Positions 63,503 to 64,000 of a DNA stretch of 64,000 nucleotides are shown piece after piece. The position numbers and the translations under genes are program-made. Source of the DNA: an uncultured delta proteobacterium (GTDB taxonomy: Bacteria; Myxococcota_A; Polyangia; Polyangiales; Polyangiaceae); contig CAVOKF010000004.1 of NCBI GenBank assembly GCA_963696385.1, positions 960,001 to 1,024,000 on the forward strand, read 5' to 3'. The stretch's first letter is position 1. The number at the start of each line of letters is the position of its first letter. The notes beneath the pieces are model-generated. The model made no database searches, was not told the origin of the DNA, and worked only from the letters and a program-made list of their open reading frames with translations.

Positions 63503-63717
63503 TTGTAGTTTGGGACGAGTCCGCCCTCGAGAGCTGGCGCCGCTTGTCGCTGAGCGATGCGAGGGCGGTCGCCGAGGCTGTCGAGCGATGGGCGCAGACG
63601 GGACAGGGTCTCGTCGTAGCCGTCGACGGGGAGTTCCAGCTCTTCGTCGGTCAACACGTCGTCGTGATGCTCGTGGCCCGCGATACGCTCTACATCGACC
63701 GCGTGCGCCGGGCTTAG
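63499..63717 (+). CDS. Putative RelE/ParE-like toxin
   Basis: 72 aa; IVVWDESALESWRRL...AVERWA..G...FQLFVG.HVVV...TLYI.RV pattern. Confidence 0.5.
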   Translation: MIVVWDESALESWRRLSLSDARAVAEAVERWAQTGQGLVVAVDGEFQLFVGQHVVVMLVARDTLYIDRVRRA

Positions 63718-64000
63718 GCCCTCAGCAGCTCCGGGGGAGCCCTGCCGCCATCCGCCGGAAGCAGTATCGGCTTCGTGAATGGTCAGTCGGCGTGTCTCAG
63801 CGCGTCCAACTTCCGCTCGGAGGCTCGCGCCGAATCGCGTTGATCAGTCGCCCGGCGAGGCGAAACGGGCGGCCCGAGCTGCTGCCCATTACGCTTGAAG
63901 GATGTGGTGCGAGCGATCCGCGCGGCGGTGCCCATGGCGCGCGGTTCGTGCAGGAGGCATCGCCGTCCTCTTGGCACTCGTTGCCTTGGCTGTTTCCGGC

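Overview
GC-rich bacterial DNA. The lipoproteins with Asp/Ala/Gly-rich linkers, the many sigma54 elements and the hybrid kinases suggest a myxobacterium (Polyangiaceae-like); this is an inference. From left to right the window holds: (1) a cysE-type acetyltransferase end and an SDR-SRPBCC-YCII(DGPF)-ECF42 sigma operon; (2) a ~47 kb general-stress/desiccation island (DUF4142, DUF6496, YflT-like, DUF3309, Kup, CsbD, Ku, DUF1328, DUF883-like, TamA/TamB plus a second Omp85, GlgX, TreY, glycogen-debranching enzyme, GH15), with two back-to-back double-kinase hybrid sensors, about 18 sigma54 (-24/-12) boxes (several placed to give leaderless mRNAs) and many frameshifted or internally deleted genes; (3) a mobile-DNA-rich right end. 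The best find is there: an IS110-family (IS1111-like) element whose 3' non-coding end carries readable bridge/seekRNA guides. One guide matches the element's own end. The others match a ~110-120 bp palindromically bounded repeat present three times nearby; one copy has been hit by the element and one is still empty. Its recombinase has atypical catalytic residues (D for E in DEDD, Thr at the catalytic Ser position). All family calls come from motif recognition only; no database searches were run.
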